Of a stretch of 64,000 bases of DNA, positions 13,081-29,200 are shown one piece after another. Origin of the DNA: Eledone cirrhosa (lineage: Eukaryota); contig OZ024742.1 in NCBI GenBank assembly GCA_964016885.1, positions 20,708,001 through 20,772,000 on the forward strand, in the 5' to 3' direction. The number at the start of each line of letters is the position of its first letter. Positions within the stretch are counted from its first letter, which is position 1. The position numbers and the translations under genes are program-made. The notes beneath the pieces were generated by a model. The model did not search any database. It saw only the letters and a list, made by a program, of their open reading frames with translations, and was not told the DNA's origin.

Positions 13081-13690
13081 GCATGGTGGCTGCCAACTCG
13101 TTTTCGAGTACGGCCACTACTTTATATCCATGTAGGAGAACCCCTACCGATGCGCTGAACGAGTGTGACTTTTTAGTCCAGCCAGCGACTTGAAAACTCT
13201 GGTACAAACACTACACTTGTGACAATTATTGATACATAGTGCTGGGCCCAGGGTACCATGTGACGACAAGTGCAGAGAGATCTCCAGATATAAAGCAATG
13301 CCTGTGCCGTGAAGCTTTTATAGTGAACAAAGGCACTGCACAAAGCCAGTCCCACTCTCTTAACCAAGATGATATTTACCAAAAAGAAGAACAAGTCAAC
13401 ATCATTGGATACCATCAGGGTTGCAGGTGTTATATCAGAGTTGTCCTTCTCCTAGAATTCTGCCTTGACAAAGGCTAAGGGGTCATCTCTCCCCGTGATT
13501 TTAGATGGCCATTGATTTTTAAGAGCTCCTTTGCCCTTTGACAGGTTTTGTTTTTAGTCCTGCAGGATGTCCAAAGTCACCCACCTCACCAAGAAACCTT
13601 GGTGGGGTTGCCAGTTTAGTTTCGAACGACCCGACCATGAGACAGGTTGTACTGGGATACATGTTACCAGTAGCACCAACTGGTGACCTG
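13081..13690 (-). mobile_element. Probable non-autonomous RTE derivative (5' UTR-like part fused to a 3' end) within (CATA)n
   Basis: Bounded on both sides by (TACA)n arrays; contains ctaggagaaggacaactctgat, recalled as RTE-5'-UTR-like; 3' end resembles the 8671-8717 fragment; no coding capacity. Confidence 0.55.
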
Positions 13691-15289
13691 ACATACATAC
13701 ATACATACATACATACATACATACATACATACATACATACATACATACATACATACATACATACATACATGTGTGATGAGTGCTTTCTGGATTGACCGGT
13801 CAATATGAGATCTGAAGTAACGACGTTACGAGTAGCATAACCTTAGCGTGGGCGAAAACAGAGTAACGGAAAAAAACGAAACCAGATTCATTATATTCTA
13901 TTTTTAGAGAGCATTTAACAGTTTCCAATATATTCACGTTTTCATTTTTTAAATCTATTTCCAATTCATTCCTAGGTATATGTGTATGTGTGTGTCAGTG
14001 AAACATGTACATATACATCAGGTCCGAACACAAAGGAACCAAACTTCCACTATCACTGCTTCAGTCTTTCCCGCTCTCTCCATCTCTAACAATTATGAGA
14101 AAATTGGAACCCACGTGATGGCCACTCCGCAACCCCAGCGGAAAGAATAGAAAAGGTGTTTCCTGGGAGAATGGTGAGGTAGACGCGCTAGAAGAGCCCA
14201 GAGCAATATTAAGCGAAGTAAAATAAAGTTTTGAATTTCGCGTAGATTGAACAGTTTGAAGTTCAGTTCGGAAAAACGAAAGCAGATAATTTGTATATTC
14301 GAGAAATAAAAATATTTGAGAAACTTCTATTTTAAAGAAAGAAAACTATGTTTACGTAATAAAATTCGTAATTTAATACATTTTTACCTTTTATATACTA
14401 TAAATGTAAATTCCTAAAACATTACGTTTCCTCTAGGATTTAATAGTTTGTATTTTTGTATAATTGTGTAATTAAGACGAAAAAATCAATCATATAATCA
14501 ATAAAACATTTTATGATTTTTAAGCATTTTAGAATCCATAAAGATTTAAAGATTTTGTAAATTACTGATATCAATTAAAAGATTATCGATTTAAATTGTC
14601 TGACATGTTTAGCTAAGTTTTCAAATGATATTTTGCAATCGTTATATTTACATATATATAGGATAAAAACATGAACATTTTATATTTAATCAAGAATACG
14701 GCAAAAGGAAAGCAAAACAAATAAATAAATAATAAATAAATAAAACAATTACATAATTTTCGATTAGAAAGATGTAGAATTAAGATGCCCATTTACTTTT
14801 TCTGGATTTAAAAATGTGTTTCTTTTGGTAGAGTGAGAAATTTGCAATCATCTCACGTTATTCTATGTTTTTTTTCTCCATAAAAATACTAATTAAAACA
14901 CACACAAATTACAAATATAGTAATTGAAATTTGGCAAAGTGGTTTTGATCGTAAGAGAGATCTGTTTTGTTTCAATTTCATGGAATAAAAACATTTGGCA
15001 ATTTTGTAACGCCTCTGGGTTAATACTACGTGAGCAGATAATTAAGATCTGCATCAAGCAGCTTATATATATAATATATAAAAGAAACATTTATATATAA
15101 ATATTTACGTCAAATTATATCTCTTATAGTAACCGATCAGAAGATCGGGTTTGGTTGTGAGGATAGGGCATTACCAATTGTAGTTAGGAATTAATTATGT
15201 AGGGATGTTATTCCCTCGATAATACTGTATATTGACCCATTTCAGTGTAATTTCACAGTTGTAGAGATCAATATATATATATATATACA

Positions 15290-15642
15290 CTTTTACTGTT
15301 TTACCTGTTCCAGCCATCTGGCTGAGGCCATGCTGGAGCACTGCCCTTCTTGTTACACGTTCTATCTCCAGCCTATCTCTGGCCATTGGTGTAAGAGGGA
15401 GTTCGTTGCTGCTGCCATTAGGTTATCATCGTAGCAAGGTGGGCTCATCCGGGATTGTGGATAGCAGAGTGTCAAGATGTTTCTTGAAAACATCCACGTC
15501 CACACCATGCAGATCTCTCAAATTTCTTGGCAACTTGTTGAAGAGTTGAGGGCCTTTGAAACCTAGGCTATTGCAATATCTGCTCCTTATTCTAAATGTG
15601 AAGGACGGGACCTTTGGCACGAAACAGTGACGTCCTGTTCGC
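15290..15642 (-). mobile_element. CR1/L2-group LINE 3' fragment
   Basis: GPQLFNKLPRNLRDL...FKKHLDTLLSTIPDEP is the typical CR1/L2 ORF2 C-terminus, followed by a 3' UTR and (TA)n. Confidence 0.8.
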
Positions 15643-15946
15643 AATATAAATATGAAGTTATAATGTGTTACATCTCTATTTTCATTGGTAAGATAAGTTA
15701 GGCTCAATGCCTCTTTTACGGGAGCGAATAGTTTTAGTAGCAGAGTATTTATAATTCAAAATTCAGTAAGACCTAGGATTCTTGTTTTCCTTTTGATGTA
15801 TAATATCTAGCTGTATCGACAAAGTCGTAGATGTGTAAATAAACAATTTTAATCCTTTGTCTTCCTGAATTTTGAAATATATATATATATATTTCAAAAT
15901 TCAGTAAGACCACGGATTGTCGATACAGCTAGATATTATATATTAA

Positions 15947-16068
15947 TTGTTTCTACTTTAGGCACAAGGCCAGCAACAACCCAGTGCATTACTGGTACTT
16001 TATTTTATCGACCCCGTAAGGATGAAAGGCAAAGTCAACCTCGGCGGGATTTGAACTCAGATCGTAAA
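15947..16068 (-). mobile_element. SINE family S, 5'-truncated
   Basis: Matches the 3' half of the family consensus through the B-box. Confidence 0.88.
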
Positions 16069-17144
16069 TCATTATATATTAATGATGGAGAAAACTGACT
16101 TTAATTTTTTTCTTTCTCTTCGAGTTGCTCACACACATGTGCTTCGGCTTCCCTCTTCGGTTTGTTGTTTTCCATTCCTTTCGCTTTTTTTTTCTTTTTT
16201 CTTCCCTTTTCCCTTCTGTTATATATATTTTTTCTCTCTCTCCCATTTTCCCCAATAACTTTCTTTAGTTATTAACGTACTGGGGCTAGATATCTTGCCT
16301 TTAATGCGTAGACATATCCATGATCCCCAGCAGATAACTGATGAAGGAAAGTTTTCTCCCGTTCGTGCTTTCCTCTTATTTATAAGTACAACTTATCCAG
16401 CAACTTCACAGCCACTGTTTCTTATATATATATATAGATAGATATAGATATATAAATGGCGGCATGCCGTTGGAAGCACTAAATGCTGTTACGAGGTCTG
16501 TTTCGTTTGGGTTGTATTCCAGTGTTAGATGTGTCGTTGCCCATATAAGCCCCATATCTGGCAAGATGTCGAAATAGAGTCGGGGATCCGTACCCTAAGC
16601 TGCTCGATATCTAACAATTGTAGTCTGCAAAGTTTGTATATATGCTGCAATATTTCATCTCTATCCAGATCGTTTCGCAGCAGATTTCTTCCAGAAAAGA
16701 CAGAATCCACCCTCTTTTGAATTTCTACTTTATTTTTCGACCTTGAAAGGATTAAAAGCAAAGTTAGTTTCTGCAGGATTTTTAATTAATGCGCAAGGAT
16801 CCGTATCAAATACCGAGTCAATCCCCCCAATGCCTTTACGACTGTCTATTTGCCGCATTTTATAGTCAGTACATATATCAAACACCTAAGACGTTTGATA
16901 TGGAGAGTTGTCAGAGCGTCTCATAGAGTGAGGGGTGATATTTCTTCCGTTTTTCTACCTCCCCACTTCGAATTTTACCAAGGTCCATTTCTTATTTGAT
17001 CCATTCAAGTTACATAAGGAAATAATCTAATACCCTTAGTAAAAGTTAAATAAATGCTACCCATTACATCTTTGAAAGCTAATGACAGTCGCAGCATTTC
17101 TAACATATTTACAATATTATAGACAGTGGATTAACGGAAAAAAC

Positions 17145-17200
<56 letters not shown>

Positions 17201-17201
17201 C

Positions 17202-17390
17202 GAAAAGATTCAGAACCTCGACGGCTGAGCTCCGGCCGTTTCGACAGCTAGATCCGAACCATCTAGCTGTCTCGAAACGGCCGGAGCTCAGACGTAGGGA
17301 CCTGAATTTTTCCCCCTCTGCTACCCCAAGTATCGAAGACTCTGGTGTGTTATGGTGCACCTGGTATCTTACCACACCCTCATTGTTATA
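17202..17390 (+). mobile_element. Family F hairpin+tail element in (TA)n
   Basis: Arms 17202-17253 / 17261-17312 are inverted; ~78-nt tail ends in gttata(TA)n. Confidence 0.7.
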
Positions 17391-17523
17391 TATATATATA
17401 AGCAGTAACTAACTGTTGTGTTACTACGTCTACCAAACTCGTCCCATGGACTGAGTGCTCTACCGTTACGGATATTACCTTCCAGTGTTCTACCTTTATA
17501 TATATATATATATATATATATAT

Positions 17524-20500
17524 CTAAGGCGGGTAAAATTCCCGAGATCCATGGACGAGTTCTCTCCAGCGGTCTCTGTCCCTCATTATCGCTGCCATAT
17601 CCTGCATCTCCAACAGACCAGTGTCTGTCCTTAGGGCATCAACATATGTTAACCTTGGTCTTCCTCTTCTAGTGTGTCCATGTAGGGGCTCCCAAAGGAG
17701 CACTGAGTGCAATGTCAACTCTGGATGTCGGTGAGCATGTCCAGCCAACCTCAGTCTCATCTGTGTCACTTTTGAGCTGACTTTTGGGATGCTCCCATAC
17801 AGCTCTGAGTTTTTCATCCTCAGTGTATACTGATTAATGTTCAGAGCCATCCTCAGCATTCTCGTGTAGCACCCATCCACCATCTGAGTGAGTCTCTTGG
17901 TCAGTGTCCAAGTCTCAGACCCATACAGCAGCACAGACTCCACTACAGCAATGAAGAGGCGGATTTTCAGGTCTCTACGAAGGTCCGACTTCCACAACGA
18001 TCTCAAGCTGTGACACGCCGCCCAGGCCTTGCTCTTCCTCTCAACCACATCATCCTCCGTATTCCCAATCTTTGCTCCCAAATACAGGAAGTCCTCAACC
18101 AATTCCAGCGGCTTCCCGCCTACATTAGTCATCCCCTCTGGCTTCTCAACATTCTCTACCAGATATTTTGTTTTAGTCTCATTCATTCTCAGCCCCACAC
18201 TCATCGACACAGTCTCAACCTCCCGCATCAAATCCTCTGCCTCCTTCACTGTATTTGTCACCAAAACTATGTCGTCGGCAAATTCAGCATCCGATACCCT
18301 TTTCGCCCAACTCTCCTGCTCTGAGCCGGTGCTACAGTAAAGCCAGTGTCCTGGTGTTTCTCCAGTGCAAGGCGCATACAATAGTCCACTACGATGACAA
18401 AAAGGTAGGGAGCCAATGTATCTCCCTGGAGCACTCCAGCCAGTATCTCAAAGAACTCTGTCATCCCATCAGGTGTAATGACTTGGGCTTTGGTGTTGGT
18501 GTAGAGCAGTGATATCAGGTCCACTATCCTCTTGGGGATTCCATAAGCCTGTAAGATCTTCATCAGGCAGTAACGGTCCACAGAATCAAAGGCCTTCCTA
18601 AAGTCAATGAAAACCATGACCGCAGGAAGGCACTTTGCTCTAGCTCCCTCTAATATCCTCCTCAGCATCAGGATGTGACTGGTGGTTGATCTACCCTCTC
18701 TGAAGCCGTTCTGGTTGTCCCTGAGCTTCTTCTCCATCTCAGGCTGGATCCTGTTAAGAATCATCCTGTTGAGGGTCTTTGCCACAAGTGACGTCAGTGA
18801 GATCCCCCGGTAGTTGTTGGTGTTAGAGAGATCTCCCTTCTTTGGCACTGGGACGATGTTACTGATCCTCCACTGATTCGGGGCAACTCCTTTCTCCAGT
18901 GCCCCGTTACAGAACCCCAGGATGATATCATCAAAATCACACCGCTTCATCACCTCTGATGCCACTCCATCTTCTCCATGAGCCTTGCCCTCCTTGATCT
19001 TCTTCTTGGCTCTCTGAAGCTCCTCTCTGGTGAAGGGCTCTGTCTCAACATCCAGTTCCTCAAACAGCCGCCTGATCTCCCCAGTGCTCTGGGCTGTGGA
19101 GGGTGGCTCTCCTAGTAGGGTCCTAAAATGGTCTAGCCATTTCCTCTTCCTATCCTCGGGCCCCGTTCCCTGGATCTGACTCGAACACCTTTTCTTCCTC
19201 CTCGTTGATGATCATCCAGCTCTCCTTACATCCAGATCTGTCAACCGCTCTCTCCACACTTCTGATCTTCTCTATCAGTGCCTCCTCTCTGACCTCAGTG
19301 TAAGCGGTACAGAGCTCTTCCCTCATCACCTCCACAGTCTCCATCCTCTCCTCCGTAGGATCAGCATAGAATTGGTCCCTGGCAGCTTTCAGGTGTTCTC
19401 TGGCTGCACACACTTTTGGGTTTGCAGAGCTGACGCGCTTCCCTTTGTTCTTTTTCCTCGGCACCAGGGTTTCACTTGCTTTCGCCACTGCATTGGTGAA
19501 GTGCCCGTACCTCCTCTTCACACTCTCCTCAGTCCATCCAATCTCTCTCTCCTCTGACTCTCCACACAGAGCACTAAACCTGTTTCTCACTTCCACTGTG
19601 AACCTCTCCTGTAGCTTATCAGCTTCCTTGAAAGCTCCCCAGTCATAGATTGTTCTCCGGGGCTGAGCCTTGCTCTTTCTTAAGCTCACGCGGACCTCAC
19701 TCATAACAAGCCGGTGGTCACTACCCAGTGTACTGAAATAGCTGTATGGTTCCGTGTTCAGAACACTATTCCGCCACTTTTTCCTCACCAGAATGAAATC
19801 AATCTGGGACTTGAACAGGTGCATATCTGAGATGTAGGTCCACATCTTCCCCAGATTCTTCCTAAACCTTAGGTTGGTCGCCATCAAGTTCGCCTCCAGC
19901 AGGGTGTCTCTCAGTAGTCTTCCATTTCGGTTGGTGTTGTTATGGAAGTACCAGCAAGGATCTTCACTGCCCTCCTTACTCAGATGTGCATTGAAGTCCC
20001 CCAAAACAAGCAGGATATTGTGTGCCTGAGTGGTGTTGACAGCTCTACACACCTCCTCATGGAACTCCTCGGCATTCACATCACTGTCCCCCTCGGTTGG
20101 ACTATAGGCTAAGATGACTGTCAGTCTTGGGTTTCCATTGAAGGTCACCCTCAACACTCGCGGGGAGATAGGCATTATTTCCCTCACCAACAGATTGGTT
20201 TTTGCACTGAACACAAAACCCACTCCTCCTACTGCAGCATTTGTTGTGTTCTTCACTGCCGATGTAGTGATGAGCTGGCTCTTCCTCCCGATCATCACAC
20301 TCCTCACGGGCTCATCGTGTAGAATCTTGTGTTCTTGGATCGCAAGTATCTGTATACCACTCTCCTCGAACAGATGTCCCAACTCCTCTCTCTTCTCCAG
20401 CGTTCGAATAGTCCTCACATTCAAAGTGCCCATTTTGATGGCTCTTCTGCAGGACAAAACTGCATTCTTTATATTTGTCTCAGAGACAGCTGATCCATCA

Positions 20501-20610
20501 TCCACTGGCCCTCTCTGTGGCTCTAAGCCAGCAGAGTCATAACGACCAGGCTGCTCCTTGACAGTGTAATTAGGGGCTGTAACCCTAGTGCTGTTAGATC
20601 GACTCTCCAT
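17524..20610 (-). pseudogene. LINE ORF (APE + RT), about 1000 aa when frameshifts near 19190 and 18300 are corrected
   Basis: Three consecutive ORF segments with continuous motif order. Confidence 0.9.
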
Positions 20611-20824
20611 ATTTCTTTTCAATGGCTGACAATACCTTACCGGCGCCACTCGAATAAGGTAGTTATTTAACCCATAAATGGAGCCCTAACAGGTACTACC
20701 ACCCCGGGCCAGAGCAGACCTGGGAGTCATGACAACTAAGGGGTAACTCCACATTCCCCACATCTCCTGAACTCCCGAACTGGAGCCTTGCCACTGGATG
20801 TAGTTTAATGTCATACCCAGGACA
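17524..20824 (-). mobile_element. Full-length RTE/RTE-X-type LINE inserted in (TA)n, two frameshifts
   Basis: APE (GTLNVRT, AIQEH, GDFNAH, QIDFIL, GSDH) in 19150-20649; RT (NYRGISL, QNGFR, FIDFRKAFD, GVLQGD, FADD) in 18267-18965 and 17524-18381; (TA)n on both flanks. Confidence 0.93.
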
Positions 20825-21099
20825 TATATATATATAATTTTTATTCAGAGGGAAATTGGAAAATATGTTAAATTGAAGACCGGAACTTCAAGACGATCTC
20901 TCAGTGATGGTATCCACTGTTTGTTAAAGCTGTATTGATATTAACCAAAGCAGTGTATTGGAGATATATTAGAAATAATGTATTTAAAAAAATATTACAA
21001 CAATTTTATTTATTTTGTATTTAGAATTGAAAAACTCGATTTAAAATAAAATCTACTGTGATATGCTGCCACAATCAATAATTTAGGCACAACATTGTA

Positions 21100-21635
21100 T
21101 GTGTGTATATTACACAAATATATGTGTGTGTAGATTGTACAAATATGTAAGTATATTACAGAAATATATGTGTGCGTATATTATACAGGCATGTGTATGT
21201 ATATTATACAGGTACGTATAATATACAAAAGTATAACAAATATATATTATACAAATATATGTGTATATTATACAGGCATGTGTGTATATATTATACAAGT
21301 GTGTGTTTATATTATATGTGTGTATGTATATTATAAAAATATGTGTGCATATTACACAAAAATATGTGTATATTACACAGGAGCGCCTGTGTATATTATA
21401 CAAGTATGTTTGTATATTATAAAGGTATGTGTGTATATTACACAAATATGTGTGCATTTATACACAAATATGTGTATATTATACCAGAGTGCATATATCA
21501 TAACAGTATATGTGCATATTATACAATTATATATGTATATTATACAGGTATGTGTGTATATTATACAAGTGTGTGTGTATTATATATTTATATATGTGTA
21601 TATCATACAGGGATGTGTGTCTACATTATTATACA
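21100..21635. repeat. Degenerate ~20-bp minisatellite (tgtgtatattatacaggta-like)
   Basis: Over 20 recurrences of a tatattatac/tatattacac core. Confidence 0.85.
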
Positions 21636-21641
21636 AAAGCT

Positions 21642-21815
21642 TAGTGGATTGGCGGGCACCATGCTTAGCAGCATAGAGTTATGGTCCTTTACGTTCTGTG
21701 TTCAAATCCTGCCGAAGTTAACTTTGCCTTTCATCCTTAAAGAGCCGATAAAATAAAGTAGCAGTAATGCACTGGGGTAATTGCTGGCCTTGTGCCAAAA
21801 GTAGAAACAATTATT
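21642..21815 (+). mobile_element. SINE family S, diverged head
   Basis: gttcaaatcc B-box and 3' ggccttgtgccaaaagtagaaacaattatt. Confidence 0.88.
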
Positions 21816-22034
21816 ATATGATAGTTACTGCCTTTTCCTTTAATTCCCATTTCGTTACGTACATAGCTAAATGTCTAAATGGCTGCTATCTAGATATTGA
21901 AAACTACATTAAAGCTTCATTAAGTAAGGCTTTCTTTATTATTTCTTTATTAAATAGTACATCTAAATCTCTCTCTCTTCCTCTCTCTCTCCGCCCTCTC
22001 ATGTCTTCTTCCCCTTCTCTCTATATATATACAT

Positions 22035-23789
<1,755 letters not shown>

Positions 23790-24096
23790 ATACTTTGGGA
23801 GGGTCATGTTGCCAATAAGAAACACACGCACCAGTTGCTTTCACTTCAATTTATTATATATTTATAAATTTATAAATTTACAAATCTACAAACTTATAAA
23901 TTTCTGGTTGGTTGGTTGGTTCCACAACCAGATAGTTGTTTATATATAGTCATATTCCTTTCGTCACACACACTCTGTGACCTCTTCAGTGACTGGGGAT
24001 TCCTTTCTTTGTTTCTGTGCCTTTCCTTTCTTCTATCCTACGCCATTTTGTTTCTGTGTGTGTGTTGTGTGCTCAGTTTGCGCATGCGCTACATCC

Positions 24097-25546
24097 ACCT
24101 ACCATTACCTCAATGGCCAAGAAAACCCACACAGATAGATGGACCGGGTGGACCAGAGCCATACGGACACCCGAAAACCACGATGAACTGAAGAAAATGA
24201 TTGCACATGCGGTAGGGGCCAGCATAAAATTAACCCTTAATGAACATATGTTCAAATTTAATGGTAAAACATATGCCCAAGAGGAAGGAGCAGCCATTGG
24301 TTTTAGCATTGCAGGCGACATAGCTAACTTATTCATGGTATGGTGGGACAGTAGACTTAAACTTGAACCTAAAGAACAATTAGAAGACCCCTTAACCCTG
24401 ATAATGTACTCCCGCTACGTAGATGATATAAACATCGTAGTTAAGACACCCCCACTAAAGAACAGTCAGGAACTAGAGAAAAACACAATGGAAAGCATCC
24501 AGCAAATAGCAAACTCCATCCACCAGAGCATTAGAGTTACTATAGACTACCCAAGTAGACACCCCAACCATCGATTACCTGTACTAGACACAGATCTCTG
24601 GTTAGATACCATTAACAACCAAAAACAAATCCTCCATTCCCATTATGCCAAACCCATGACTTCCAATCATCTGATCCACCGAAACTCGGCCATTTCGGAC
24701 CATACCAAAATTAACATACTGATTGCGGATTTGGTACGGGTGATGAGAAATGTGTCCCGCATGTGCAACCCCGAAGAACTAGGGAGACACATACAACACT
24801 TCATCCACCGTATGCAGTTCTCTGGCTACAATCAGAGAGATAGAATCAGAGTGTATAAAGGAGCCAGAACCAAATGGGAAAAAATGGTAAATAATGACAT
24901 AAATGGGACCTGCCCCTTGTATAGGAGCAAATTTTGGAATAGAATAGAAAGAACTAGGAACAAGGCCAATAGAATAAACTCATGGTATCATAGCAATAAA
25001 TACCAGAGTGTAATGTTCATCAATACAACCCCTAGAGGCGAACTAGCCTACAAATTTAGAAGGGCCCTAAATAAACATAAACTCAATATTAAGATAGTAG
25101 AAAGACCAGGTACCTCCGTAAAAACACTTATTAGCAAGACATGCCCGTTCCAAAGACCCTCATGTATAGACAAGAAATGTATAACCTGTAAAATAAGCCC
25201 CCATATTAACTGTAAAACTAGAAATGTAGTGTATAGCATAAGATGTACTGAAGGACAATGTAGAAACAAAAATATAGTGTACATAGGTGAGACAGCTCGT
25301 AGTATAGGGGAACGAATAAATGAACACTGGCGAGACCTTCAAGATAATAAATAATCATCTGTGCTCTACCAACATGCTAAGATAGAACACAGGGGTAGAT
25401 TAGAGAACATAGAAATAAAAATAGAATCCACACACAGAATAGATGCAATGTTTAGGCAAATTACAGAGGCAGTAAGCATAAAAGAATTACAACCAAAATT
25501 AAATAGAAAATATGAGTGGAACAGCAACATCACAACTTACAATTAA
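24097..25546 (+). pseudogene. PLE reverse transcriptase (C-terminal part) + GIY-YIG endonuclease, one in-frame TAA at 25352
   Basis: Q..G.AIG..IAG.IANLFM, RYVDD, linker CIDKKCITC, NVVY..RC...YIGETARS..ERINEH; continues in frame as SSVLYQH...EA..I....PKLNRK.E. Confidence 0.92.
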
Positions 25547-25784
25547 GGACAAAATGAAAACACACACAGGACAAAATGAAAACACACACACACATAGAAC
25601 AAACAACCAACCAACAATAAATAAATAAATAAATAAATAAATAAACAAATAGATAAATGAACACAAACACACACAGACACCCGGATGTGGCGCATGCGCA
25701 AACTGAGCACACAACACACACACAGAAACAAAATGGCGTAGGATAGAAGAAAGGAAAGGCACAGAAACAAAGAAAGGAATCCCC

Positions 25785-25829
25785 AGTCACTGAAGAGGTC
25801 ACAGAGTGTGTGACGAAAGGACTATGACT
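25785..25829 (+). ncRNA. Minimal type I hammerhead ribozyme-like motif in pseudo-LTR (second copy 23948-23994, minus)
   Basis: agtca-CTGAAGA-g-gtcac[loop]gtgac-GAAA-ggac-TA-tgact; stems I and II pair, stem III is minimal. Confidence 0.65.
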
Positions 25830-26051
25830 ATATATAAACAACTATCTGGTTGTGGAACCAACCAACCAACCAGAAATTTATAAGTTTGTAGATTTGTAAA
25901 TTTATAAATTTATAAATATATAATAAATTGAAGTGAAAGCAACTGGTGCGTGTGTTTCTTATTGGCAACATGACCCTCCCAAAGTACAACAATATCGGTT
26001 TCAACACACGATTTCAGATAAAGAATCTTGCTAAACAAATTCAGAAACGAA

Positions 26052-26990
<939 letters not shown>

Positions 26991-27078
26991 TCGTACATCA
27001 CGTCAAATAAAGTAATGGAAAGCCATTATATGATGTATCATGTTTAGAAAGTAAAGAGGAAAAAGAATGTACATCAGT

Positions 27079-27169
27079 TAGAAGAAGAAGAAGAAGAAGA
27101 AGAAGAAGAAGAAGAAGAAGAAGAAGAAGAAGAAGAAGAAGAAGAAGAAGAAGAAGAAGAAGAAGAAGA
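27079..27169. repeat. (GAA)n microsatellite
   Basis: About 30 perfect units. Confidence 0.98.
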
Positions 27170-27456
27170 CGTTAGTTTTGTTCAAGGAAGATGTAGAAGG
27201 ATGAGGAAATCCTATAAAAAACTATATTTACCTCTTGTTTCCCTGCGGGATTAATTTAAGCATCTCTGAAGAACTCCATCAAGTGTTTGATAGTAAGCTA
27301 AAACTTCTCAAATAACTATTGAGAAGATACATCATGAAATACTTGAGATGCACACCTAGAGGCTTGAATGGGTGCTGGTGAAATCCCTAGCCGCTTGGGT
27401 TGGGATTTAACTCCATTGCTCCGATGCTAATACAACGCTTGTTAGAAAAGGTTTTA

Positions 27457-27661
27457 GTAGACAGGGTTATTGTGGAAACCCTTCAATGGGCTGTTTATGG
27501 TTTTTTAATATATCACTTCTTTGAAACTGTCTCATAGACCTGGCTTTGTGCAGATATTGGTAGACAGAAATATTGTGGAAACCCGTCAATGGGCTGTTTA
27601 TGGTTTTTGGATATATAACTTCTTTGAAACCATCTCATAGATCTGACCTTGTGCAGATATT
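27457..27661. repeat. Two-copy ~103-bp tandem duplication
   Basis: gtagacag...tattgtggaaaccc.tcaatgggctgtttatggtttt...gtgcagatatt at 27457 and 27560. Confidence 0.85.
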
Positions 27662-27951
27662 TCGACCATTTCTTTAGATTGAAGTTAATATTTCGCATCC
27701 ATTCTCAAAATTGCCATGACAGTAGCTGTCCTCCTGAGACTGAGCTATGAAAAATGTAAATAAAATATATGAGAGAAGTTTCTCAACCTGGCCTCTGTCG
27801 TTTAGCTAAGTCTGCGTTTAAAAGTGTAAAACTGTAAAAGTGATTTTCAGAGATGTGTTTTTTTGTGAGATTTATGTTGTTCTAACTGTAGACTAATGGT
27901 GTGTGTTATGTGTGTGTAGCAATAGAGAGAGAGAGTGAGTGATAGAGAGAA

Positions 27952-28035
<84 letters not shown>

Positions 28036-28352
28036 TAAGAAAGAGAGAGACAGAGAGAGAATATGGAGGGTGAGAGCTAATATTCAAAATAAATTTTAAT
28101 ATACCAATCTTAGAACAAGGAAATATATAAATATAACAGACTATTTCTGTGACTATATTTCCAGCAAATACAATTATTTGAAACTTTCGAAATTTCCATA
28201 CAGGTATTTATACATCTCTGAATATATTTAGAAGGATTTATAAGTTATTAGTTTTAACATGAATATTTATATAATCAAACCTGCATAAATAATCAGAAGA
28301 TAAGAATAAATGATAAAAAGATTGTATTAGTGAATTCTATATCGAATAATAA

Positions 28353-28533
28353 TTGTTTCTTCTTTTGGCACAAGGCCAGCAATTATCCCAGTGCATTACT
28401 GGTACTTTATTTAATCGACCCCGTAAGGATGAAAGGCAAAGTTAACCTCGGCGAGATTTGAATTCAGACTGTAAGGGGACGTAACTCTGCTGGAAAGTAT
28501 GGTGCCTGACCCTCTACTGACACTGTCAATCCA
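28353..28533 (-). mobile_element. SINE family S, full length
   Basis: Matches the consensus; aataataa at the tail junction and caataat at the head junction. Confidence 0.9.
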
Positions 28534-28972
28534 CAATAATACCCAATTTGTTTGCAAGCAAACACCCTCATTACGCTAGGATATTTTGATGACCATCGCC
28601 ATCCTTTTGTTCTAGTGGTGAAAAAAAACAGAGTGAAATGAGGCTGGTTCCTTGTAAACGTATCGAATATTATTATTATTCGATATAAAACTCAAGAAGA
28701 CGTTTAGGTATCCGCTATTTTAGAGCAAAAAATCAAATTCTAATTTTGATAAAAAGATTATTTTGTGGTTAAACTCTCAGATATGCCATAGATCTAATAT
28801 TTCAGTTAACTAATGTTATTGTGGTTACTTCACAGAGCCGAAGAAAGTATACACTCTAATGTGTAGAGTTGTTCCTCATGCTTTCTCAAACGATAGCGCA
28901 CCATGTCAACACACATAGCCTTTTCGTTAAAACTAGAGTCTGGAAATAACATTAGGCTCTCTTAGTCAGATT

Positions 28973-29200
28973 GGAGGTGCATGGCCTAGTCGTATTGTGT
29001 CGGACTTATGGTCATAAACACTTCATTTCACATGCTCCAGTATAGTTAGCTGAAAATGAGTACAAGCAGTAGCAGGGGTCTAACCCTGCGATGGATTGGT
29101 GACGTTCCTCGAGGGAGACTTGTACTCTCAGACACTTTATGCCATGGAAACCGGAATAAGCACCGGGTTGACGAGCTTCCGGGCTCGAGACACACTTTAA
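28973..29200 (+). mobile_element. Older tRNA-derived SINE (second family)
   Basis: A-box-like tggcctagtcg head; aaccctgcgatgga...ggaaaccgg central block, with a related reverse fragment at about 7495-7590. Confidence 0.6.

Noticed and set aside
13771-14260. C/D-box-like gtgatga...ctga, palindrome attgaccggtcaat and a GC-richer unique segment
   Set aside because: Box spacing is too short for a snoRNA, there is no terminal stem, and no ORF or recognisable promoter can be supported.
16333-16397. Hammerhead-like gataa-CTGATGA-aggaaag...ctttcct...ttatc
   Set aside because: Stems I and II are plausible but the GAAA core is missing; at best a decayed PLE remnant.
27330-27700. Possible zinc-finger or LINE remnant next to (GAA)n (minus-strand FKPLGVHLK)
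   Set aside because: Too degenerate, with no Cys pair or RT motif recoverable; only the 103-bp duplication is supportable.
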